A stretch of DNA of 64,000 bases, taken from contig CAVVXH010000002.1 of NCBI GenBank assembly GCA_963752155.1, forward strand, positions 1 through 64,000, in the 5' to 3' direction. This document shows positions 39,407-48,944 of this stretch, one piece after another. The first letter of the stretch is position 1, and each line of letters begins with the position of its first letter. The stretch is from an uncultured Parachlamydiaceae bacterium. Its GTDB lineage: Bacteria > Chlamydiota > Chlamydiia > Chlamydiales > Parachlamydiaceae. Both the position numbers and the translations under genes were made by a program. The notes beneath the pieces are model-generated. The model had not been told where the DNA came from. It made no database searches and saw only the letters and a list, made by a program, of their open reading frames with translations.

Positions 39407-40909
39407 ATGCAAAAAATGCAAACCATCACACCTACCTACTCCTACTGGAAGGCACATTGGAATCAATTTAAAAAGCACTATCCAGGCTATATAGGGCTAT
39501 GGGTCGTCCTCGTATTTTGCTTAGTTGGAATCTATGCTCCCTTTTTAGCTTCCAGTAAGCCTTTGTTTGTCATGTACGAGGGCGTGCCTTACTTTCCTCT
39601 TTTTCGATATCTCTTTTATCCCGAATTTTTCACTAAACCACTTGACATTTTCTTTAATTTGCTCATGTTCACATTTCCTTTCATGCTACTCGGCATCTGC
39701 TACAGTCGCATAAAATATCGTGGAAAGGTATTTTTAGGGTTATGTGGATTACAAATTGTACTATTTATTTACCTTCTTTCCAATCCCCCTTCGGATCCTG
39801 CAAACAATCCAGAGCTCAGCCTCGAACGCAACTCAGTTTTAAAGAATCACCCTGAGAAATATTTCGATTGGAATTTCAATTTAAATCATATGAACGCCTA
39901 TGCAAAACTTAACCTACTCACAAGATACCGGCTGCAAAAAGCCCAATTTGAACAGTTACGACATGACCTTCACGAAAACCCTCAAACACTTTATTACACA
40001 GAGCAATTACGCCAGAAAGCGATCATCGAGCAAGAAAAGAAAAAACTGAAGGACTCACCTGAGTCCCAAAATTCAACTTCTTCTCAACAAGTTGAAACCA
40101 AAATAAACTACATTCAAGATCGAATGAAATGGATCGAAAATGAAAGTCAAAAACTAAATTTCATGCTAATGCCTCTCTTGAGCCATTTTCACTGGGAAGA
40201 TGATGCCGGAGGCGATCAAAGTTTAAATCAAAAACTTCCTTGGTGGGAACTTACGCGTACTAATCGAAAAGACCTCTTAGCGGCATTAATTTTTGGAGTA
40301 CGAATTTCTTTAGTTGTCGGATTTCTAGCCGTTGCCATAGCTTTAGCCATTGCTATCCCCATTGGGGCGACAGCAGGATTCTATGGCAGTACAATCGATA
40401 TGATTATTTCTCGAATTTTAGAAATTTGGGAAGCGATGCCAACATTTTTTATGCTATTAATGATGGTTGCGATCCTTCAAAGTAAATCCATATTTATTGT
40501 CATCGGAATCATAGGACTTTTTAGTTGGACAGGATTCAGTCGTTATTTACGAGCAGAATTTTTTAAACAACGCAATCTTCCCTATGTAGAAGCCTGCTTT
40601 GCTTTAGGTTACAAAAATAGCTATATCATGTTCGTCCATATCTTACCAAACGCCATGCCTCCTTTACTCACATTACTCCCATTTGCCATTATGGGGGCAA
40701 TCAGCAGTGAAGCTGGCCTTTCTTTTTTAGGTCTAGGAGAGGAAGGATCATGTTCTTGGGGAGTTTTGATGGATGAAGGGCGTGCAGCTTTTCCTGGAGA
40801 AAGTCATTTACTATGGCCTCCTGCAATTTTACTCACCACCTTGCTAGTCGCTATTGCACTCGTTGGCGATGCCCTTAGAGATACTTTTGATCCTAAAATG
40901 CAAAGATGA
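39407..40909 (+). CDS. oppC: Oligopeptide ABC permease OppC/DppC
   Basis: GVRISL, YVEA..ALG, HILPNA, EAGLSFLGLG. Confidence 0.88.
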   Translation: MQKMQTITPTYSYWKAHWNQFKKHYPGYIGLWVVLVFCLVGIYAPFLASSKPLFVMYEGVPYFPLFRYLFYPEFFTKPLDIFFNLLMFTFPFMLLGICYSRIKYRGKVFLGLCGLQIVLFIYLLSNPPSDPANNPELSLERNSVLKNHPEKYFDWNFNLNHMNAYAKLNLLTRYRLQKAQFEQLRHDLHENPQTLYYTEQLRQKAIIEQEKKKLKDSPESQNSTSSQQVETKINYIQDRMKWIENESQKLNFMLMPLLSHFHWEDDAGGDQSLNQKLPWWELTRTNRKDLLAALIFGVRISLVVGFLAVAIALAIAIPIGATAGFYGSTIDMIISRILEIWEAMPTFFMLLMMVAILQSKSIFIVIGIIGLFSWTGFSRYLRAEFFKQRNLPYVEACFALGYKNSYIMFVHILPNAMPPLLTLLPFAIMGAISSEAGLSFLGLGEEGSCSWGVLMDEGRAAFPGESHLLWPPAILLTTLLVAIALVGDALRDTFDPKMQR

Positions 40910-41048
40910 TTGATTTTTAGAAAAAAAACCTTGCTTTTATGATAGTAATTTCTATATATATAATCATAAGGGGCTGTGAAACAAAAATTTGCACGATCCC
41001 AAACCTTAAATTGCATTTTTTGTTTTTTCTGAAAGTCTTGGTAATAAT

Positions 41049-42101
41049 ATGTCGCAACCCGATAGGAAATTTGAACTTAGAAAAGATCAATTCCTTCTGA
41101 ATGAACAACTCGTTCAGTGGGTACAAGCATTTGAGCCAAAATTCAGAAAAATTATTTATGGACACATAGCTCTACATGTTTCCTTCCTCTCGATAGGCAT
41201 TCTGGAATTCTTTTCTTTTACTTTTTTTTTCACTTTTTTAAAAGAATATTCTCTCATAGCGTTTGCCCTAGCACTCCTTTTTTTAACTCTATTTTCATAT
41301 TACATAGTGTATCTTTATAGTCAAACACGAAAACCGGAGCAACTTAAAGAGTTAAAAAATACGTTCTCCAATGGGGCTAGAGAAATCATTAATTACGATC
41401 ATGATATGACCGATTCCCATTTAACACTAGCTGATACTTTTTGTAAATTAGCTTACAGCCTAGATGGAATGGAATACACTCTTTTCAACCCTCCTAGAAT
41501 CTTAAAAAGGCTCTCTTCTTACTTTGAGAAATTGAGTTGTTGGGCTTATTGGCATGATGTTTATACAATAAAAGAAATGGTTCTCGTTGCCATGGTCGAA
41601 GAGCACATCAAACTCGTAAAATGCGATGCCGCAAATCTTGAAGCCCATACTGCACTTGCTAATGCCTATATTCTACTCTCAGCCTTATATATGGTACCTG
41701 AGGAAGAAGAGGAAAGAAGCCGTATGATTTCATCATGCTCTACAGAGGAGCTTAAGGAAAAATTTCAGGCTATTGCTAAGCGAGCTATTGAAGAATTCAA
41801 AATTTTAAAGGAATATTCTCCACATGACCCCTGGATTCATGAGCAGCTTGCCCATAGTTATTGTGACTTGCAAATGCCCCTAGAAGCTATCAGTGAATAT
41901 GAACAGATTTTAAAATTAAATTCAACAGACTCTGAAACATTATATAAACTAGGTATTTTGTATTTCCAACTTGGACGCAATGCCCATGGCTTAAAAGTCT
42001 ACGAACAACTTAAGCGCTTAAATTACAAAAAGGCCAACACTCTTATCGCTCATTATGGGGCTTATTCTGATTCAATATTTAATTTTAAAAAGGAAATCTA
42101 A
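41049..42101 (+). CDS. Membrane-anchored TPR protein
   Basis: Two TM helices and C-terminal TPR-like repeats. Confidence 0.8.
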   Translation: MSQPDRKFELRKDQFLLNEQLVQWVQAFEPKFRKIIYGHIALHVSFLSIGILEFFSFTFFFTFLKEYSLIAFALALLFLTLFSYYIVYLYSQTRKPEQLKELKNTFSNGAREIINYDHDMTDSHLTLADTFCKLAYSLDGMEYTLFNPPRILKRLSSYFEKLSCWAYWHDVYTIKEMVLVAMVEEHIKLVKCDAANLEAHTALANAYILLSALYMVPEEEEERSRMISSCSTEELKEKFQAIAKRAIEEFKILKEYSPHDPWIHEQLAHSYCDLQMPLEAISEYEQILKLNSTDSETLYKLGILYFQLGRNAHGLKVYEQLKRLNYKKANTLIAHYGAYSDSIFNFKKEI

Positions 42102-42931
42102 TGAATGTCCCTTCGGAACAAGAACTTGAAGAATTTTTAGCTACCGCCCTAGAAGCTGCAGCAGCAGCTGGAATTATTTTACGTCAATTCTGGGGAAAAA
42201 TATTAAATATACAAGAAAAAAGTCATCCAGGTGATCTCGTCACTATAGCAGACCACACGGCCGAAGAAAGAATTATCGAATTTTTGCATGATCGATATCC
42301 TCATCATGCCATACTTGCAGAAGAATCAGGAGCACGATATATTAGCGGTAATCCCGGTGAAAGTAAGTTCACATGGGCGATTGACCCGTTGGATGGAACG
42401 ACGAATTACACACACCAATTTCCCGTGGTGTGCGTTTCTATAGCTTTACTTCTTGACGAGATACCAATTGTAGGAGTTGTCTTTAATCCAATTACCGGAG
42501 AGCTCTTTCATGCGACGAAAGGGGGCGGCGCTTATTTGGATGCACTTCCTATCAAAGTTTCAAGCGTGTCCGAAATTTCCCGCAGTTTACTAGCAACAGG
42601 TTTTGCCTATGATAGAACTGTAAACGTGAATAACAACTTAGCTGAATTCTGTAAGCTTACACTTCTTTCTCAAGGTGTTCGTCGAATGGGATCTGCTGCT
42701 TTAGATCTCGCCTACGTAGCCGCAGGTAGATTGGATGGTTACTGGGAGACAAATTTACAGCCTTGGGATGTTGCAGCAGGCTCTCTGCTTGTGACCGAAG
42801 CAGGGGGCCTTGTGACTGATTATGACACATCTTCCTTCAAAATTTATTCAGGGCGCATTCTTGCCACCAATAATCTTCTTCATAAGGCTCTAAGCACTGT
42901 TTTAGAACAAGAAAAAAAATCGCCTAAATGA
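42101..42931 (+). CDS. suhB: Inositol monophosphatase
   Basis: DLVT.AD, AEE, WAIDPLDGTTN, WDVAAG. Confidence 0.93.
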   Translation: MNVPSEQELEEFLATALEAAAAAGIILRQFWGKILNIQEKSHPGDLVTIADHTAEERIIEFLHDRYPHHAILAEESGARYISGNPGESKFTWAIDPLDGTTNYTHQFPVVCVSIALLLDEIPIVGVVFNPITGELFHATKGGGAYLDALPIKVSSVSEISRSLLATGFAYDRTVNVNNNLAEFCKLTLLSQGVRRMGSAALDLAYVAAGRLDGYWETNLQPWDVAAGSLLVTEAGGLVTDYDTSSFKIYSGRILATNNLLHKALSTVLEQEKKSPK

Positions 42932-43683
42932 TAACGATTAAAATTCGCATATTTATTTCTTGGCTATTTATTTTTTTGATTTTTGCAAATTGTTGTGCTG
43001 ATTTCGAAGAGGTCGACAAATGGCTTTTACCTAAAGCTCATCCTGCTTCTACTATTTTGGATAAGTTAATAAAAAATTCTAAGATGTTTGACAGTTTAAC
43101 ATCTTTAGAGAAAAAGGGGTTCACTTCTGCAATTGAACCGGAAAACGTGAAGCCGTGGTCTATTTTTGTCATTTCTCATCCAAAACTTAAAGATTATTTG
43201 ATCAAAAAATATTCGAACGATGTTTCGAGTAAAAAGCAATTGGAGAACTATTTGGCAAGGCTCAGAGGAGCTAAAGTCATCGCAGATTATATAAAAGACT
43301 ATCAACTTAAACATATCGTTGTGCCCAAAAAATGGCTTTATAAGCTTAAGAATGGGAAAGAAAAAAATGCAAATTTTTTATTGCTTGTTGAAAAGCTGAC
43401 TATTTGCCCAGGTGGCTATTGGGGAGGGGAAACTCTAGAGAGATACCTCAACATGCCATTTTCAATGGTTGCTGAGCTATGTCAAATTCTTCACGCTATA
43501 AAAGGATGCGATGCGTGGCCGCAAAACCAACCTGTTACCTATACTGATAAAATTGCCTTTATCGACACCGAGCATGTGGGGTGTTCTCCAGGGGATTTTT
43601 TACAAAACATTGTACCTTATATAAATCCTCATTTCAAAGCGCATGCTCTACAGCTATGGGAGGAACTAGGTGAATGTCCCTAA
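42928..43683 (+). CDS. Hypothetical exported protein, possibly kinase-like fold
   Basis: Signal peptide; LIKKY, DAWPQN, IAFIDTE. Confidence 0.6.
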   Translation: MITIKIRIFISWLFIFLIFANCCADFEEVDKWLLPKAHPASTILDKLIKNSKMFDSLTSLEKKGFTSAIEPENVKPWSIFVISHPKLKDYLIKKYSNDVSSKKQLENYLARLRGAKVIADYIKDYQLKHIVVPKKWLYKLKNGKEKNANFLLLVEKLTICPGGYWGGETLERYLNMPFSMVAELCQILHAIKGCDAWPQNQPVTYTDKIAFIDTEHVGCSPGDFLQNIVPYINPHFKAHALQLWEELGECP

Positions 43684-43694
43684 AGGCCAATTAA

Positions 43695-44519
43695 TTATTT
43701 GTCTCGCTGAACAAATTGAATAAGACGACATTTATGGCTAAAGGGAGGATTTCGTGTGCTGTCAGTAAACACGTATATTTCTTCAGCATTTAGTAATTCT
43801 TCGTCAGAAGAATCAGAAGTGATAGCTTTTCGTGGCAGATTCTTTTTTTTCATGATCTCACGACTAAATCGCATTAAAATTCTACCTTGATATCGCCCCA
43901 AGTACTCAAACCTTGTAAAATCTGTAGCGATTAAAAAATCGTACATTCTACGGACATGAGATTCTTGACTCACGTGCCCCTCATAATACATCGTCTCTCC
44001 AGCAAATCGAGAGAGGTTGGCTATGACAGCAGTTTTATTAAAAAACTCAGAAGTATCCAAAACGGCAAGTAAAAGGACCGTGTCCACTTTTGGTAAAGTA
44101 GCTAAAAGAGCTTTATTTTCTATGTCGCCTGAAAAGAAATAGGCTCTTGAAATATCCAGTCGAGATGCATTTTCTTGAGCTCTTTTGATGCAATGAGGAT
44201 TGTACTCTACTCCATAAACTTTGAAGGCACCAAGTGTTCTGCAAGCAAGTAATACACCTCCATCATTGCATCCAAAGTCCATGATGAGCTTTCCTTCAAT
44301 ATCCGATGATCGAAATCGCAAAGCACGTTCGAGGCTTTCTTCTCGATTGCTTTTTTGGTAAGACCATTCAGGAGCACCGTAGCTTGGGTTTTCGACTGTT
44401 TGATTTTTCACACAGTCCTCTTGCGCATTATAACGATAGAGATTTTTTGACGTTGCTTTTATTTCGCTGGAAAAGAAGAGGGAGCTTAGGAGAGCCAAAT
44501 AGAAAATTAAACATCGCAT
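43695..44519 (-). CDS. Class I SAM-dependent methyltransferase with apparent signal peptide
   Basis: MDFGCNDG motif I, GVEY motif II. Confidence 0.85.
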   Translation of the reverse strand: MRCLIFYLALLSSLFFSSEIKATSKNLYRYNAQEDCVKNQTVENPSYGAPEWSYQKSNREESLERALRFRSSDIEGKLIMDFGCNDGGVLLACRTLGAFKVYGVEYNPHCIKRAQENASRLDISRAYFFSGDIENKALLATLPKVDTVLLLAVLDTSEFFNKTAVIANLSRFAGETMYYEGHVSQESHVRRMYDFLIATDFTRFEYLGRYQGRILMRFSREIMKKKNLPRKAITSDSSDEELLNAEEIYVFTDSTRNPPFSHKCRLIQFVQRDK

Positions 44520-44711
44520 AATATATCTCCGAAAAAGGGCATTCAGTGAACACAATCTAACACAAGTCTATTTTATTTTCATTTTGTTGAATAACAAAAC
44601 CTGAGCCTATCTGGATCGGGAGTCAAATAACGTTTGCCAAATCTTTTTTTTGAAACCTAGAACCTAGAGGCTCCAATCTTGAAAATAGCCTTGCCATTTC
44701 TTCCTCCCCCA

Positions 44712-44789
44712 TTTCCGGATTCGAAATATGTGACTTCTAATTAAGTATGCACCCCTGATTATGGAAGTCACATATTTTGGCTCCGGAAA
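44712..44789. repeat. Imperfect palindrome
   Basis: tttccgga....aaatatgtgacttc / gaagtcacatattt....tccggaaa. Confidence 0.75.
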
Positions 44790-44814
44790 AGATTGAGTCA
44801 AAAGCATGATTCCG

Positions 44815-44924
44815 ATGCATACGCATCAGGATAAGGATAAAGATAAAGATAAGGATAAGGATAAAGATAAGGATAAGGAAAAAGGAAATTAAAATTTTAT
44901 TACCTTATCCTGATGCGTATGCAT
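44815..44924. repeat. Palindromic element F with 8x gataa(g/a)
   Basis: Perfect 22-bp IR atgcatacgcatcaggataagg; a third end copy at about 45305-45337. Confidence 0.9.
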
Positions 44925-44975
44925 TTCGAGTATATAGTTTGACACGTTCTGTTGCTACTGTGGATCAACGGTAAA

Positions 44976-45244
44976 AAACGATAAAAACGATAAAAACGAT
45001 AAGAACGATAAGAACGATAAGAATGATAAAAACGATAAGAACGATAAAAACTATAAAAACGATGGAAAAAGTCTGGTTGGGAAAACCGTAATCGTGGAAT
45101 TAAAATGTTGTGAAAGTTTGGTTCAATTATTCAACTATTTAAAAGTTTCTTCTGGAAACTCAACTTTAAATCGGTTTGTTACTAAATTTCCGACATAGGT
45201 AATTGGAATGACTTTCGTTTTTATCGTTTTTATCGTTGTATCGT
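44976..45244. repeat. Degenerate second member of family D (9-bp arrays in inverted orientation)
   Basis: About 10x aacgataa(a/g) at 44976-45063; inverse units ending atcgttgtatcgt near 45215-45244. Confidence 0.85.
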
Positions 45245-45472
45245 TTGCATCGTTGATTACGTCTACATAAAAAAACAGATCCCGACAACGTCGTGAATGG
45301 ATGTTAATTTCCTTATCCTGATGCGAATGAATTTCGATTTTGAGTGTAGCCACGTAGCCTCTAAATAGTCTAAACCACTTTTCAAAGATAGTTTTTATAG
45401 TTTTTTATAATTTAGTGGTTCAATTTGCGCAATTTCTTAGCTATAACGATTTCACACAGTTTACGTTAATCG

Positions 45473-45556
45473 GGCAAAATCTATCTAAATTTTATAGATT
45501 TTGCCGAGTTTAAACACTAATCAGGCAAAATCAATCCAAATTCCATAGATTTTGCT
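45473..45556. promoter_or_regulatory. Tandem pair of 33-bp palindromes upstream of ATPase 4
   Basis: ggcaaaatctat-N9-atagattttgcc at 45473-45505, variant at 45524-45556; period 51 bp. Confidence 0.75.
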
Positions 45557-45644
45557 CGTTTGGATTTTCAAATGGGCATTAACTATGTGTACAAAAATCT
45601 AAAAATTTGATATTATTAAGATGAATCAAAATGAAGAGGTAACC

Positions 45645-47096
45645 ATGTCTGATTTCTTTTTTGGCAGAGAAACAGAGAAAAAACAATTAAATGAGCTCTA
45701 CACATCAGACAGGGCTGAATTTCTGGCAATCTATGGGAGACGTAGAGTAGGGAAGACTTATTTGATTACTGAATATTTTAAAGATAAAGGGGTTTATTTT
45801 GAGATAACAGGCAGTAATAAAGCCTCAAAATCTGAACAACTTAAAAATTTCTATCGAGAATTCACCGCTCTTTTTTCTAATCAAGAAGCTAGAAAGCCTC
45901 CAAGTGATTGGGGAGAGGCTTTGCATCTTTTAAAAGAAGCCATTACCAAAATACCCAATACTCAAAAAGTTATTCTATTTTTCGATGAACTGCCTTGGTT
46001 AGCATCTCCAAGATCAGGATTTCTTGCCGCTCTAGATTATTTTTGGAATAGGCATATTTCTAGAATGAAGAATGTAAAACTGATTGTTTGTGGCTCAGCA
46101 GCTTCTTGGATGATTCACCATATTATTCAAGATAAAGGAGGATTATATGGACGGTTAAGTTATCAGATGCGCCTGGAGCCTTTTACTCTTGCCGAAGTCG
46201 AGCAGCTCTTATCTATAAAAGGAATTAGGCTTGACCGTAAACAACTTATCACTCTTTACATGGCAATTGGTGGTATTCCTAAATACTTAAATTTTGTCAA
46301 ACCAGGTTTATCTTCTTCTCAGTTAATAGATGAACTTTGTTTTAAGCCTCAAGGATTTTTATTTCAAGAATTCCCTAAACTTTTTGGATCTCTTTTTGAG
46401 AACGCAGAAAAGCATATTAAAATTATTAAACTACTGTCGAACAAACGATATGGACTTACGCAAACCGAAGTTTTGCATCTAGCTGGACTTCCTATAGGTG
46501 GCCATTCTTCCTCAATACTTGAAGAATTGGAAGAGAGTGGCTTTATCACAAGTTTTCCTGAATATGGAAAAAATATAAAGGACAAGCGTTGGAGGCTGAC
46601 AGATGAGTATTCATTCTTTTATCTTACTTGGATTGAAAATATGCGAAACAGTGTCTTACGCCACAGCGATCCTGAGTATTGGATGAAAGCTCAATCTTCT
46701 CATCAATGGTTGACTTGGTCCGGCTACGCATTTGAAAATATCTGTTTAAAACATATCCTAAACATAAAAAAAGCTCTAGGACTAGCTGGGATAAGTACTA
46801 TTGAATCCCAATGGTCTTTTAAAGGTAGTGAAAATGAAGAAGGTGCACAAATTGATCTTGTTATAGACAGAGCAGATAATTGCATTAATTTATGTGAAAT
46901 TAAGTTCTGTAACGATATTTTCGTGATGACAAAAAAAGATAAAGAAGCCCTCTTAAGAAAGCAAAAAGTATTTCAAAGAGAGACTAAAACTCGAAAAACA
47001 CTCTTTACAACGATTATTACGCCTTATGGGACAGAGGAAAATATCCATTATCTAGGAACTATTCAGAAACAATTGACAATGCAGATTTTGTACTAG
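45645..47096 (+). CDS. ATPase-wHTH-PD-(D/E)XK paralogue 4
   Basis: FFGRE, YGRRRVGKT, FFDE, GGIPKYL, QIDL...LCEIK; GAGGT RBS. Confidence 0.9.
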   Translation: MSDFFFGRETEKKQLNELYTSDRAEFLAIYGRRRVGKTYLITEYFKDKGVYFEITGSNKASKSEQLKNFYREFTALFSNQEARKPPSDWGEALHLLKEAITKIPNTQKVILFFDELPWLASPRSGFLAALDYFWNRHISRMKNVKLIVCGSAASWMIHHIIQDKGGLYGRLSYQMRLEPFTLAEVEQLLSIKGIRLDRKQLITLYMAIGGIPKYLNFVKPGLSSSQLIDELCFKPQGFLFQEFPKLFGSLFENAEKHIKIIKLLSNKRYGLTQTEVLHLAGLPIGGHSSSILEELEESGFITSFPEYGKNIKDKRWRLTDEYSFFYLTWIENMRNSVLRHSDPEYWMKAQSSHQWLTWSGYAFENICLKHILNIKKALGLAGISTIESQWSFKGSENEEGAQIDLVIDRADNCINLCEIKFCNDIFVMTKKDKEALLRKQKVFQRETKTRKTLFTTIITPYGTEENIHYLGTIQKQLTMQILY

Positions 47097-47102
47097 TACA
47101 CC

Positions 47103-47142
47103 AAACAGCAATTCTCGCTAAAATTCGGGGGAATTGCTGTTT
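47103..47142. repeat. Minimal family E palindrome overlapping the murJ stop (may also act as terminator)
   Basis: aaacagcaattc/gaattgctgttt; gcaattctcgctaaa is 14/15 identical to the element E end. Confidence 0.65.
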
Positions 47143-48692
47143 TTTTTGTAAAACATTCTGACGATACTTGAAAAGGAACCCAACGCAAAAATTCCTGTAA
47201 ACAATACCGCCAGGGTCCCTAAATAAATCCCCTTCTCGAAGATGGAGTTTCCAATAGGAATCAGATCTGAGAGCCACCATGACGAAGCAGACGCAAGTAA
47301 CAAAGACCACCCAATTTGATAAACCCCTCCCCTCATTGCTTCGAGAAAGACTGTTCGTGTTAATGTATCCATTGAAGTAATTAAATGGCCTAGATTATAG
47401 ATCGAACTTAGACTTGTGGCTATAGCTATGCTAGGAGTCATCCAACCAAATCCAAAGATAAATAACATATTTAGGCATAGATTTAATATCATTGCATTGA
47501 CTGAAGCTGATGTAGGAATCCGATAATTATTTTTAGCGTAAAATATCGGGGCTGCAATAAGAACTAACGCCATGGGAACGAGGCCTAAAACATACCCCCA
47601 AAGACAATGCGTTGTACCTGCAATAGAGTCCTTTCCAAAGTCCCCGTAACCATACAAAAGATCAATGCTGCGACGACCAAAAAGAAGCAAGGCAATGGTC
47701 ATTGGCAAAATAAAAATAATGACGCACTCGATGGCACTTTTTAGTAAAAGGTGAGAATGAGCATCTTCAGATTTTTTAATTGCTCGCGTTAAAGGAGGCA
47801 AAAGAGCTCCCGAAAGTCCGATGCCAAATAAAGCCAAAGGCAACTGTTGTAGGCGTATGGCATACCATAGGTATGCAGGCCCGGAGCGATCAGCATACGC
47901 TGCAAAGAAGGTGTCACATAGGCTGTTTATTTGCGTGGCTCCAATACCGATCATTCCTAAGAAAAAGGGTTTCCAAAGTTTAAGTAAATCTTCAGAGAAA
48001 ACATTTTTTGGTAAAATTAAACTAAAGTTAGGTTTGGTATATTTGCACACGATAGAGATCACTTTGGGCAAAGTCACTAGCCATTGACAGCAACATGCTA
48101 AGACGATGCAAAGGGCTAGTTTCGGCATGGCTTGGGATGGAGTCAAATGGTGCAACAAAAGGACTCCAATGATCCAAATTGCATTAAACGCTACAGGAGC
48201 AATACTGGGAAGGAAATAGCTTTTTTCACATTGCAGTAAAGCTGCATTAAGCCCTGATAAACAGATAAAGATCAAGCTTGGCAGCATCAGCAAACTTAGA
48301 AATACGATCTCCTGGATCGATGAGGACCAACCTGTCAGATATCCTTGAAAGGCTCCGTAGCCTAAAAAGACAAATCCCACTAATAGACAAAGAAATAAGC
48401 TCAATACAATATAAAGATGGATGAACAAAGCTGTAGCTCTTTCGTGAGAGTTTTTCTGGCTTCGCAGAGTTTCAAAATGTGGAATGAAAGTGGATTGCAG
48501 AGTGCTTTCTCCAAAAAGACGACGCAACAAATGCGCTAAACGAAACGCTACAAAGAATCCTGCTAGGGCTGGATCGGTCCCAAAAGCAAAAGCCATGGCA
48601 ATATCTCGCAATAGGCCGCTTATTCGACTTAATAATGTGCCGGAAAAAAAGCTTGCGGCAGCTCGAACCATCCTTCTAGGAGAATCTTCCAA
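47118..48692 (-). CDS. murJ: Lipid II flippase MurJ
   Basis: SRISGLLRD, AFRLAHLLRRLFGE, RLQQLPLALFG. Confidence 0.95.
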   Translation of the reverse strand: MEDSPRRMVRAAASFFSGTLLSRISGLLRDIAMAFAFGTDPALAGFFVAFRLAHLLRRLFGESTLQSTFIPHFETLRSQKNSHERATALFIHLYIVLSLFLCLLVGFVFLGYGAFQGYLTGWSSSIQEIVFLSLLMLPSLIFICLSGLNAALLQCEKSYFLPSIAPVAFNAIWIIGVLLLHHLTPSQAMPKLALCIVLACCCQWLVTLPKVISIVCKYTKPNFSLILPKNVFSEDLLKLWKPFFLGMIGIGATQINSLCDTFFAAYADRSGPAYLWYAIRLQQLPLALFGIGLSGALLPPLTRAIKKSEDAHSHLLLKSAIECVIIFILPMTIALLLFGRRSIDLLYGYGDFGKDSIAGTTHCLWGYVLGLVPMALVLIAAPIFYAKNNYRIPTSASVNAMILNLCLNMLFIFGFGWMTPSIAIATSLSSIYNLGHLITSMDTLTRTVFLEAMRGGVYQIGWSLLLASASSWWLSDLIPIGNSIFEKGIYLGTLAVLFTGIFALGSFSSIVRMFYKKNSNSPEF

Positions 48693-48944
48693 GGGCTTTC
48701 CTTGACATTTGTTTAAGCTTTGCTTTGGATGTTTTCATCAAAATCCTCTTCATGATACACACCTAAATCTTTTTGGAAAATACCACTATTTTTTTTATTT
48801 AAGTTTCTCTTGATGCAATATTTTCCCATCGTTAAAATGACTTATCAGAGCCACGACTATGGCATTACAATGAGTTTTTTGCAAATATTTTCTTTCAAAT
48901 TTGCAATTTTCTCTATATTTTTAAAAATCCACTCGAGGTGAACA

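Noticed and set aside
45135..45353. 72-aa ORF on the minus strand
   Set aside because: Made of repeat-element fragments.
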